Shown in pieces: positions 49,894 to 62,218 of a stretch of 64,000 nucleotides of DNA. The stretch lies in the NCBI GenBank assembly GCA_950097015.1, contig CATNEN010000038.1:7068001-7132000 (forward strand), read 5' to 3'. Position numbers and translations under genes: made by a program. This stretch comes from Macrostomum hystrix. Lineage: Eukaryota; Animalia; Platyhelminthes. Within the stretch, counting starts at the first letter, position 1, and each line of letters opens with the position of its first letter. The notes beneath the pieces are model-generated. The model saw only the letters and a list, made by a program, of their open reading frames with translations, was not told the DNA's origin and did not search any database.

Positions 49894-52800
49894 TCACGGT
49901 GCAACTTTCTTAGACACGCAGGTCAGTGTCACGCGTTGCTCCTTGCGATGGCAGCTGCCGTCCTTTCTCCTCTCGTAGCGATAGATAATGTCCTGACGGA
50001 AGCCTCTGATGCAGGGACCCTCTTCGACCATTTGGTCAGCTTCACAGGTGGTCCTCATGCCGACTGGAAATTGAATTATTGAGGTATAGATAAATAGCCA
50101 ACATTCATAGCTGTCCTAATAAAAAAACTATATTTTTATTGTTCATTATCGTTAAAATAGTGGAACTCTAAAACGGGGGTTGGCAGGCGGGCCCCTATGA
50201 AGCCCTCAAATCTCCAAGATTCGGCCCTTGACCCATTCAAGTAACTTCTCTACCATCTCATGTATATCAAGTGTCTCATCTCTCCCGTGCTTCGTCTTTC
50301 CTTTTATTATCTCATCTTTCCACTGTCTCCTCTCACTCCTATCGGACTATACCTCACCTGTCTCATTGGTGGAATTTTAGATTTTCATTTCGGCCGGCTC
50401 TAAAGATCCTACATAGCCCAGAACCAGTCAGTCAGCCCTCTCACCCAATCGGCTGCACTTCTCGTTGTCGACACGGACGTTTCTCACACAGCGACCCTTG
50501 GCAGCGTTGAACCTATAATAGATTTTCACAACGCTTCTGTAGCCGTCCTTCTTGCAGGCCTTCTGGTGATAGACAGAGTTCGGGCAGTGGTGCTTCGCTG
50601 CCTCGGCCTGCCTCTTAGTCGGCTTGCCGCATATCCGGTGCACGTAGTCGCGCCGCATCCGGCAGCGTCCGTGCTTGGCGTCCAGCTCGTAGTGCTCGAT
50701 GAGCACCCGCTGCTTGCCGTTGCGACAGGGGCTCGGCTCGATAACACGCGGTGTTGGGCACTCTGCGTGCGAAGAAGCGACAGAGGAAAAGCCTTTCAAG
50801 CAAATTTAACAGAAATATTTTCAGTCACGCTTAATATGCATGTCTTGGTATGCGAGGTAAGCTCTAGCACAACCATGTGAAACGATCGTTAAGATACAAT
50901 GTCGTTATGATGTTTACTGATTTAATTCAAATTCGCAGCAATGTCAAGGTAATAGCGACGTCTTACTTTTCACGCGCCTGCAGGAGAGCTCCTTGTACCG
51001 CAGCTTTCGCACGCAGCGCTCCTTCAGCCTATTGTACACATAGTAAGTAGTGAGCCAGCGTTCGAATCCCGAGGCTGAGCATGGCTTGAGAAGCTTCCTA
51101 GATATCGGTTTGCAGCCTGAGTTTCGCAGGTTCGGGTATTTGCTTGTGGAGTGGGACAGTGTACTCACCTTATAAAAATTGGTAACATTAGTTTTAACTT
51201 ACCAGATGACTTGCTTACGCACGGCTCGATGATGGACTTTTGATTACGAACACAGCGACCATCCAGGTCTCGAGTGAAGCGGTAAATTATGTTTGTACGG
51301 AACCCACTGGTGCATGGACCGGCTTCGACAACAGAGTCCTTGGGACAACGGGCCAACTTTACTGCAAATCGAATTCATTAGTTTAATTTTAAAGACATCA
51401 AAACAAAGCAGCAAAAGAGGAATCACTCACCAAGCAATGCGCACTTCTCGTCCTCCTGCTTCACCTTCCTCACGCAGCGACCAAGCGCCCTCACGAACAC
51501 AAAGTACACCGTCGTCACGGTCCTGTAGCCCTCTGCTCTGCAGGCACTCTGAGTGACCGTCTTCTCCGGACACTCGTGATTCAGGTCGATGCCCGGAGTG
51601 GGCTTCTTCTGAGCGGCCTTCTTGCCGCACTTCTGAGTGACGAAGTCTTTGTGAGCCACACATCGTCCCAGCTTCTCACTGTACTCATAGTGCTCGACGA
51701 GCACCTTTCGGGCACCGTCTTTGCAGGGACCAGGCTCCATCACTCTGCGCTTCGGACACTTCTTGCCTTTTAATGGATAAGATGTGTTAAAAGCTTCCAG
51801 TGATTTCATTTTGACGACGGAGTACTCTAAAATGTACTCACTTTTTGCCGCTCCAGTGGAGCCGAGACCGCCTTTGGCGCCTCCACAAGGCTTCTCTCTC
51901 GCTCTGAACTTCCTCACGCAACGACCCTTGAGCTTGCTGAACTCGAAGTAGACCGTGAGCCACCGCTGGATTCGGTCCTTGCACTTGCCGACCTTCTTCA
52001 CTCTCTTTGGAGGGCAGGCTGGAATTCAAGGGAACTTTGTGCTGTGGTGGTGCAGCCATCAAATAAGCTGTTTAGTGAAAACTTTGAACCCTACCATTGG
52101 TCTTCGTGCCATTGCAGGACACCGTGATCTTCTTTGACTGTCGCTCACATCTGCCCTCGATGTCTCTCTTGTATGTGTACACAATGTTGGTGCGGTATCC
52201 GTTGGTGCAAGGCCCGGTCTCCTGAGTCACATCGGCAGGGCAGTTTGAGTTTTTTACTGAAAATATATTGATTAGTTTGTTAGCTGCGTTAATAGCTCGT
52301 AATTTTGCGAAAATTGTTAATAATCATTTGTGGCCTTTATGATTTGGATATGTTAAATTTGTTTCGTTTTATTAGCCGAGTTCTGTTACCTGTCTTAGTA
52401 CTCGTAAGCTTTTTAGCGCTGCTTCTTATCTAACGAGAATGTACGGCTAACATTCTCTCAAAAAAGTGAAGCGTCTTGGAAAACGATTCTTGTAGAGTTT
52501 TGTGATAGGATAAATGCTTTGTTGGTTACATATTACCTTTACTGCCAGGATATCATCTCTTTAAGCCAGCTAACATTGCGCTAAATCCATTGAAATCCCT
52601 CTCTGCTTTGATGGGAGTATTTACTATTTGAAAACTGCTTTCCGATCAACCCGAATGTTTCATGGAGAATCACAGGCCGTGCGGCGACAAGCATTTTTCC
52701 AGCATTGTGCCTCGCCCCACCTGCTTAGCCTGCTGCGAACACTTTCAGGCCAGTGGCGGCGCAGGGGGGGGGGGCGGGGGGGCGGGCTGCCCCCGGGTGA

Positions 52801-55800
52801 CCACCCCTCACCACCCTCAGAGGGTGACCACCCACTGAAAAAAAGGTACTTTACCATATTTTTTCAAAAGTGTGGTCACCCCATGGGGCATGGGGTGGTC
52901 ACCTGAGACCTCAGGGGGGGTGGTCACCCGGTAGGGCCTGTAGGCTGTAAGGGTGGTCACCCTTTGAGGGCGAATCGCGAACTGGGCCTAGGCGATAACG
53001 AGATCCTAGATCCTAGATCTCAAGGCTCTTGGGCAGATAGGGAATGCGTTTTCTATCTTGCTTTAGCTAGTAAAGACAATTTATTCTCTACAATCCGTAA
53101 TCATTGGTAATGACAATTTTAAAAGTCGATTGATTAACACTTTCTGCATAGTCTATGGTAAGTTAATGAATGTATTTAGATATAGCAACTTAGACTGACA
53201 TTTATTGAGACTTTTTGTATAGCACATTCCGATCAAATTGGTCCTAGGAGCAGTGATCAATTTAATCCACTATACCGAAATCAAGGATTCGAGGAAATCA
53301 AATTGTGTAGTGCGATCGAGGAGGGATGGAGTGAGCTAGAACGATGCTTTTTTTATAATTTTTTCTGGGGGTGACCACCCAGCCGGGGGGGTGACCACCC
53401 AACCACCGCCCCCCAGCTGGAGGTCCTGCGCCGCCACTGTTTCAGGCCATTCAAGGCACCTGGCCCGACACCCGGTTTGTGGTCTATAGGCCTGGCTGAA
53501 GCGGGCACTGTCATCTTCCACAACTGTAGAGCGCTCCTTTCGGAGGAATCTGCATCTTGGTGAATACACCGCTGTCTTTCAGGCGGAGGTCTGAGACATT
53601 AATAAGTGGGCTAAGCATTAACTCACTTAGGCGCTAATACTTAACGAACCGATTAGCATGTAGTCAGAACAGTTAAGCCACCATCAAGGAGCTGATTGCC
53701 GGTAAAATCACAGCCAAAATGGTTTCCGAATGATTCAAAAGCAGTCCTCAACTGGGTCGAACTGATCTGGTTGCCAGGACGCAACATCATCCTCGGCAAA
53801 GAGCTCGTGGATCAGCTCTACAAGGATGGTGACAATCCTAGGAATGGCCACTGTGTTATAAATCGGCCGTTGTGAAGAACAATTATTGCCCAATGGGCTA
53901 AAAGGACGATATTCGTAGAAAGTGAACAATTAAAGTGCAGTGAAACGTACTGGTTAACTAATCGGTGAGCATGAGAGGAAAGAGGAGAGTCGAAAGAAAC
54001 CACGAGAAAGAATTCTGGAGGAAGCATTTCCGACAGGGTGGGGGGGCGAAGTTACGCAATGTTGAAAAGAGAGTCACGTAGAAGTTGGCGTCGCATGGCA
54101 TGTCGAGCGCGGTCGGTTTGTACCGGATCGTCCTTGCTGCCAGAGCCGGGTGGAACTAGAGCTTTGGCCACAGTGCATGCACGTAGGGATCCAGGGCAGC
54201 ACTGGTTTCACCGAGGCGGGTTAGCTGGCCGACTGTGAGGCGAAGTGTGTCTGAAAATTCCTCCAGGCTCTGGTGGTCGATGTTGCAAAGCTGCGGCATC
54301 GCGAGAAGTCGCCTGAAACAGGGGCTCTTCTGCTCCCACAGGTCGCCTTAATTAGCTTGGAGAATACGGCAGGCTTGGTTGTAGGCCCCCGGTTGACAGG
54401 CGTCCAGACCACCTAGTTTCCGGAGGGCAGCGCCAGCGAGAAGCCCGCGAAGAGCTTCAAATCTATCAACGTCTGTGTAGTTGCAGCTGTCGATGCGGTA
54501 AGTGAAAGAACACCAAAATGCAGGGAAACTCGCTGGGTCTTCACTGTCGAAACCTTGAAGTTGGACATTGCGGAGGACGGTGTCGCCGAAGAGGGACGCC
54601 GATCGAGGCGTCGGAGGGGCGGGCTGGGATGTGGTCTGTTTTATGTGAAGCTTTTGTACGAGCAGCTGGTTTTGCTGCATCATCTGAGCCATTGCACCAA
54701 TATAAGTTGTTGTACAGCGTCCAGTTGGTTAGATACACGGAATGCAATGGAGCCGACAGGGCTGGCAGGTGCGGCGAGGCCGCTGGCAGATGCGGCGAGG
54801 CCGCTGGAAGGTGCGGCGAGGCCGCTGGTGGGTGCAGCGAGGCTGCTGGTAGGTGCGGCGAGGCCGCTGGCAGGTGCGGCGAGGCCGCTGATGGGTGCGG
54901 CGAGGCCGCTGATAGGTGCGGCGAGGCCACTGGTGGGTGCGGGGAGGCCGCTGGCAGATGCGGCGAGGCCGCTGGCGTTGCGGCGAGGCCTCTGGCAGAT
55001 GCGGCGAGGCCGCTGGCAGGTGCGGCGAGGCCGCTGGTCGGTGTTGGTCGGTCAGAGGCATGTTTCACTCTAAATTGGGTGCTCCCCCACTTGTGCCTTC
55101 TGCTCCCAAGGTCAGGAAACTATGGTACACCACGGCTTCTTCTGCCCGTTCCTTGACACAGTGCGTAGACTACATCGCGGTCATGCGAGTCATCTTGGTC
55201 ACGGACCGATGATTCCTGCGATGGTCCCTTCGGCGATCGACGATCTCAGTCATCCCGAACGGCAACCTGCCTGTTGCTGTTGGCGCGGCGTGGGCCCTAC
55301 CCAAGGCTGAGCCTCTTCTCGTTAACCCTGGAGCTGTGACAGGGGCCTCGCAGCCTCTTCGCGACGTTCGGCCCCCAGCAGAAGTACCTCGTAAGTAGTA
55401 AGCGGCGTATCGTCTAGCACTAATGCCCGCTCCATCGCAGTGTATAGCTTCATACTAGCGAGTGTGCAAGCATTCTTTGATTCTATTTACTGCCTGACTC
55501 GCAGTAGTAACTCAACAATATACGAGTTTATACTCGTACTTGTAACTAAAGTCTAAGCAACAAGTTCGTTAACATCGCTACAATTTTAGACGCAATGAAT
55601 GTGCATTTTAACTTTATTCGTGATTTACAAGTGCTAAAAAAAGTTTATTATATTTGCAGATTTTTTATTATACCCTCAGCAAAGAAGTCTAAACATGATG
55701 CCGGCAATAGTGTGAGCTTCAGCAGTCTGACGACAGTTTAAAAATTCAAAGACAAGATAGGAGGCCAGTAATGGTACGAGATAAATGTTGCAGAGTGCCG

Positions 55801-58800
55801 AACTCTTATATACTCTTTCGTCCTCGGATTTTATATAAACCCGTGGACGAAAATAGATAGATTTTTTTCGTACGAGTAAAACAGACAAAAACAAGGGCTC
55901 ACCAAGCAATGCGCACTTCTCGTCCTCCTGCTTCACCTTCCTCACGCAGCGACCAAGCGCCTTCACGAACACAAAGTACACCGTCGTCACGGTCCTGTAG
56001 CCCTCTGCTCTGCAGGCACTCTGAGTGACCGTCTTCTCCGGACACTCGTGATTCAGGTCGATGCCCGGAGTGGGCTTCTTCTGAGCGGCCTTCTTGCCGC
56101 ACTTCTGAGTGACGAAGTCTTTGTGAGCCACACATCGTCCCAGCTTCTCACTGTACTCATAGTGCTCGACGAGCACCTTTCGGGCACCGTCTTTGCAGGG
56201 ACCAGGCTCCATTACTCTGCGCTTCGGACACTTCTTGCCTTTTAATGGATAAGAAGTGTTAAAAGCTTCCAGTGATTTCATTTTGACGACGGAGTACTCT
56301 AAAATGTACTCACTTTTTGTCGCTCCAGTGGAGCCGAGACCGCCTTTGGCGCCTCCACAAGGCTTCTCTCTCGCTCTGAACTTCCTCACGCAACGACCCT
56401 TGAGCTTGCTGAACTCGAAGTAGACCGTGAGCCACCGCTGGATTCGGTCCTTGCACTTGCCGACCTTCTTCACTCTCTTTGGAGGGCAGGCTGGAATTCA
56501 AGGGAACTTTGTGCTGTGGTGGTGCAGCTATCAAATAAGCTGTTAAGTGAAAACTTTGAACCCTACCATTGGTCTTCGTGCCATTGCAGGACACCGTGAT
56601 CTTCTTTGACTGTCGCTCACATCTGCCCTCGATGTCTCTCTTGTATGTGTACACAATGTTGGTGCGGTATCCGTTGGTGCAAGGCCCGGTCTCCTGAGTC
56701 ACATCGGCAGGGCAGTTTGAGTTTTTTACTGGAATGCAAGCGTCACAAATATTTACTCGTAGTTGTCTTTAGTTAGACAAGTAAGATTATAAGAAACCAT
56801 CTGATTGCAAAATTAAGGATTCCTTAACTAAGCATGACTTAAAGCTTGTTATGTGAGAAGTCTATTTTATTATTTTTTACCGCTCTATAATACACGTCAA
56901 AGTTTCTCTCCAATTTCACTCACCAAGCAGAGCGCACTTCTCGTCCTCCTGCTTCACCTTCCTCACGCAGCGACCAAGCGCCTTCACGAACACAAAGTAC
57001 ACCGTCGTCACGGTCCTGTAGCCCTCTGCTCTGCAGGCACTCTGCGTGACCGTCTTCTCCGGACACTCGTGATTCAGGTCGATGCCCGGAGTGGGCTTCT
57101 TCTGAGCGGCCTTCTTGCCGCACTTCTGAGTGACGAAGTCCTGGTGTCGGACGCAGCGTTCCAGCTTCTCACTGTACTCATAATGCTCGATTAGCAATTT
57201 GTGCTCTCCATTCTTGCACGGTCCGGGTTCGATGACGCGGCGCTTTGGACAGGCTTTTTCTGTATTTTTATCACAATTTTTCCAGTTAGGTACATTTCTT
57301 TACTTGTATGTTTCTACTTTCAAAAGGTAAAATCAAGGACAACTGAAGCGTTCTTATTTGCCTACGGCTGTAGGTAAAATATTTTCGCAGGCTTTTTCGT
57401 CACGCCGTACAGTAGCAGCTAGTATTCTTTATAAAGTATGTTTTAAACACGAGCCTATATCTTAATAATTGTATCACAGAACAGACAGAAATTCGCGCAG
57501 CTGTTTGCTTACTTTTTGGTCCAGATGATCCTCCTTCAGCACCAGTTTGTTCTCCCTTGCAGGGCTTCTCCTTGGCCCTGAACTTGCGAATGCAGCGTTT
57601 CTTCAATTTGCTATATTCGTAGTAGACTGTGGTGTATCGCTGGATATTGTCCTCGCAGTTGCCCATCTTCTTTTCCTGCTTTGGGGGACAGCCGGCATTC
57701 TTAGAAACGCATGGACTGGTAACTTTTCTAACCTTCTTGCGGCACTGCCCCTCTGCGTTGCGCTTGTAGTGGTAAAGGATGTTGGTGCGAAAGCCACGAA
57801 TACAAGGACCCGACTCTACGGTGTCATCAGCTGGGCAGGACTCGGTGGTCACTGTGGGTATCATCGATTGGTTCGAATGTGGTTAGAAGCTAGTTTTGCG
57901 AGCTAAATTATTAATTTAGTACTCTGACGCTTTTCATGCCACCAATACACATAGGCTAGCCTTACCTAATGCAGCGCACTGCTCTCGCTTGAGAGCTACG
58001 TGCTTCATGCAGCGCTTCAAATCAACCGAGTATCGATACGTGAAAGTAAACAGATTGCGGTAACCCTTTTTGCAGGGACCCTGCGAGTAGGCCTTCTCGG
58101 GACAATCCCCAGTTCTTCCAGCGACCTTTCGGCTGCTGTCTCCACCACCGCCGCTGCCTGCGCTGCCTCTGCCGCCGACGCTGTCGCTGGTCGTCCCATG
58201 CCCGCCACTAGCTGACGACTTGCTCTTTCCGCACGTCTTCACTGTAAAGCTGCGCTGCTCGCGGCACCGACTAGTCCTGGGGTCCGGCTCGTAGTGCGCT
58301 ACCAGCACGCGGGTTCGGCCATCTATGCACGGTCCCGGCTCCAGCACTCTGGGCTTGGGGCACACACCTGACTTGTACTTGCCGCATGGTAAATTTTCGA
58401 CGCTGAATTTTCGAATGCACTTAATGCCAGTGCGTTTCGTGCGCTCGTAGTATTGACGAGTCACGTGACGAAGGCCATTAACGCATGGGCCCTGTTTGAC
58501 TACATTGGGCGGGCAAGGCTCGAGAGCTTCACTTCCGTCACAAGTTTGTGCCACCTTGTGCGAGCTGGCAACGCACTTGCCCGCAGGATCGCGCGAGTAC
58601 TCCGTGCGAATCAGAGTTCGGAAGCCGTCCTTGCATATACCTCGCTCAGACACCTTGGGTGACGGGCACCTCTTAGCTGGAACTGAATGGGGTGGTGTGA
58701 TTCATTCAGACATTGAAGCTCGCTACAACGCTGGCTCAAGTTTGTGCCAGACAAGAAAGACATTTCGGGGGGATCGAAACGCAGTATCACGCTTGCGAAA

Positions 58801-59877
58801 AATTTTTACTTGAAAATAGCTTCAATTCAGAACTTACCGAAGGCGCCGCAAGCTTCGATGGTTATTGAAGTCTTTTCAATGCAGTCTCGTGACAAACTAC
58901 CGTCGCCTTTGCCGCTTTTTCCACGCACATAATAGAACTTGAAAACCTGTCTGTGCCGGCCTGAACATGGCTTCTGATAGTAGCGAGCCTCCGGACAACC
59001 GCCCGAGTCATCTTTGCTGCCCGGCTTCTTCTCCGGACAGGTCGGGTAAGTGAAGTCTTTGTGTAGCACGCATCCGCCCTTACCGTCTGGCTCGTAGTGC
59101 ATGACAAGCGTCTTTTGTTGGTTTTTGCGCCTGTTGCACGGGCCAGGTTCCACCGTCCTAGGCTCTGGGCAGATGCCTGAAAGCGTATTTATTTGGAGTT
59201 CAACGACTCAAAAGTTTAGTGATGCTTTACGAGCGTAGTTGACTTTTTATAGCATGCGCTTGGAGTAACAATGAGCAACAGTTGACAGTACTCAAAGCAA
59301 AACTAACCAGTGTCCAATGTTGCGTCACTCACCCTTTTTAGAACTGGTTCTATCGCATGCTACCTCATTCAACTGAATTTTCTTCTGGCACCGCTTCAGA
59401 TAAGGATTCCATTCGTAGTGCGTGACCACTTCGCTCTGCAGACCGTCGCTGCGGCACTTGCTCCTGCTCATCGACCTGGGTGGGCACTCTTCAGTCAGCG
59501 AGCGGGTGTTTCAAGAAATTATAAGTGATGTATGGAATCCTATTCTACCATTTAAATTCAGGATTTTTTCTTAGCTCCCATACCCAGTTTAAGTGACGGC
59601 GAACACACTTGAAATCATGTTCCTGATTATTATAAATGTTTCTGAGTGCATTCTATATGTAATTGACACGTCCTTGAATGAGACGGGAATGATAACAAGG
59701 AGTATGCGAGCGTATAGTCTAAAAAATTTAAAGCCTATTTTAACAAATCACAAATCCAGCGTTTTCTGAAAAATTCTCACCGTGCTCGGAGTGCAGCTCA
59801 TCGCACATACCACCACCTTCCAGCAACAGCAGCAGCAGCAGCGTCAGCAACGCCGGCAGCATTTGCTGCCAACGCAT
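49894..59877 (-). CDS. Secreted Lys/Arg/Cys-rich protein of about 24 four-cysteine modules; exons 59877-59781, ~59490-59333, 59176-58838, 58676-57966, 57851-57513, 57259-56924, 56728-56567, 56490-56314, 56238-55903, 52256-52095, 52018-51842, 51766-51431, 51361-51203, 51116-50967, 50762-50445, 50063-49894
   Basis: Signal peptide MRWQQMLPALLTLLLLLLLEGGGMC. Module pattern CP-x~8-GPC-xxG-xR-x~6-Y-x~8-C-x~11-C. All modelled introns are GT-AG phase 1; TGA follows CVSKKVAP; no TM segment. The exon 2 acceptor is uncertain. Confidence 0.8.
52751..53439. mobile_element. Non-autonomous hAT-type MITE, 689 bp
   Basis: Perfect 15-bp TIR cagtggcggcgcagg / cctgcgccgccactg; perfect 8-bp TSD tttcaggc (52743-52750, 53440-53447); repeated subterminal gggtgaccaccc motifs in both orientations. 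Confidence 0.92.
54130..55460 (-). mobile_element. BEL/Pao LTR-retrotransposon gag remnant (DUF1759-like), interrupted by stops and a minisatellite
   Basis: LQGFDSEDPASFPAFWCSF...DVDRFEALRGLLAGAA...YNQACRILQAN*GD...SLEEFSDTLRLTVGQLTRLG matches the BEL/Pao gag pattern; the outer boundaries are uncertain. Confidence 0.65.
54761..55037. repeat. GC-rich minisatellite, 21-bp unit (ggtgcggcgaggccgctggca), about 13 copies
   Basis: Direct tandem repeat within the gag remnant. Confidence 0.93.
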
Positions 59878-60959
59878 CACGGATTCGCAAGGAGGTTGAC
59901 GCCTTCGCTGCGTCAGAGATTTAGCGAACTAAAGTCAAACGGCACTAGAGGCCTTGATTCAGTGCTCAATCAAGCTTGATTGCTTCCTGCTTGGTTGAAT
60001 GGCAGATTATATGAAAACAAATTATGCCTCTTCAATGGATAAGAGCGCTTGACTCCGAAGTCTCTGTAAACGCGAGGGTGGGTCAGAGTCGCCTTCCTCA
60101 GCGCGAAGTAGAGAATAAAAATTTCGGAGCGATCGATTTGCGTCAGAAAAGCTGTCTCGGGGCTACCAGCAGTAATGCTTCCATTCTTCACAGACCTTCC
60201 TATCCCAAGTCTTGGACTTGAGCCCACGCTCAAGGCCTTCTCGTAGGAGTTAGATAGTGAACAGAGTTTGAAAATTCAGCTGCCATTTTTTGCGCCCAGT
60301 GCTTGTACCAGCGCTTTCGTGCTCTGCTAGAATATTTTCCTCAGCATGCGTATTCTTTCCTTCATTACAGAGTACAGTTTTCGATTCTGTACTGCGCCTC
60401 AATATTCATTTAACCAGATCGGCGCATGGTATAATATTTTTGTATACTTTACCGCTTGAAAAACTGCGACCATAATTGTTAGGTTTGCACGAGAGTTCGT
60501 GTAGTTTTCAGTGTGTAGCGGCAAATTTGAGCTGGCTACTTCTCACGCATGTTTTTGCGTCTGCTCCAGCTTCATCTAAAAGAAAATGGAAGGAAAATTA
60601 GTTCTCTACCTTTGCCTGGCACTTTGGTCACATTCTGCGTTAACATTCCCTATCTTGGTCTGGCTGTTCTGTCTCCAAGACCAGCTTGAAATTACTAAGT
60701 CGAAATGCAGCGAGGCAGCGGTACCCGTTCCAAATAGTTTTTCAGAGAATGCAAAGTTTCAAAAGTTTTATGGCTTTATGTTGGATGATTTTTCCGATTG
60801 GCTGCGAATTGGGCCTCAAAGTTAGATTTGTCGATTTTAGTTGCCCTTATCAATCATCACTGCCCAAGGGATGGTGTCTTAATTACCATTACGTACTACG
60901 CAACAAAATTATTTGCAGGAGGGCTGTGAACACTGGCTCATTACTTAATAATAAAAATA

Positions 60960-61213
60960 TATTACACCTGACCAAATCAGGCCAGATGTACAGTGTACAC
61001 TAGTTGTCCATGTTCAGCTATTGCGCGGCGTATCCGAAGGCTGCGTACGGCTGTTCAGTCCATGGACTGGGGGGACCCTCACTTACCCTAGCTAATTCTG
61101 GTACCCATTTAACAGTTAAGTGACTTGAAATGCACACTGCACACTTAATTTTCTTGCTTAAAAAACTACCTTTAAGTTGTGGGTCCGACGCTCTAACCAC
61201 TGGGCTACAACCC
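60960..61213 (-). mobile_element. tRNA-derived CORE-like SINE, degraded copy
   Basis: ctgcgtacggctgttcagtccatggactggg...ggtacccatttaacag...ctctaaccactgggctacaaccc matches the 12490 copy. Confidence 0.7.
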
Positions 61214-62218
61214 TGCTATAGTGATTGTTTTTGGGATATCATTTGGTGACAGTGGACCCGCAAAACATGCACGCACATCTACCCTGACTTTTTCTATGGT
61301 ATGCAGTGTAAGCCACGCTGGAAATTTAAAATTGGGTGCCACAGCCCTAAAGTCCCTGGACATTTACAACAGCTGCGGTAGTTTGTTCTACTTTGTTATA
61401 ATATTTTAATTGTTAAACACACTACTATTGTATTACTATTGCATTATTGCACTACTAATACAAGCAGTATCGTTGGCCTATCAAGAAATCGTATAATTAG
61501 GTGCCGAAATGAAGTAGATGTTGCTTTATTGTTCAGCCGAATAAAGTGACACCGATACTGGTGTGAGTTCCCAATCCTGACTGTACTGTGGAAGCAGTGC
61601 GACCTTGTGCCATTCGTTCCTAAAATGAGATTGTAATTTAGCAATTCTAATATGTTCTGCATTATTAATCATAACATTAATTTATGATTTTGATCATCTC
61701 GTTTGTCGTACTACAATACTCATTGTTTCTACCTAAAATACCTAAAATCACATAACTAAACACAAAAAGAATCATGCCCACAAGCCATAAATATTTGCGT
61801 AAATTAAAACGACATTTGAAGGTTAAGCTTTCATCACGCTTGAGTGAACCAGAACAATAGGAGGCGGAGGTGGGGTGGGTGATTTTAGGGTCAGAGGGAG
61901 GGATCAAGGCGTTGAATGATTCAGTTACGTGTTTCGACCTCCCGTGCTAACCTTAATTAGGCTCACGTACAATTAATTCTATGGGAATAAGTGGCAGGTA
62001 ATGAGAGATTTAAGTTGTAAATTTATATTCAAATCCCAAGGGATCGGGTTTGCACACATCAATCCAAAGTTCCGAATAGTTTCACAGAGGACAAGTCAGT
62101 AATCTCAGAAAATTATTTTCTTGAACTTCAACATTTTGATCGAGTTCTAGTTTTAATATTACGAGAGTTAAAAACCTCGTAGTAAAAAAGCTATTAGTCA
62201 GTTTGAACTAATACTATT

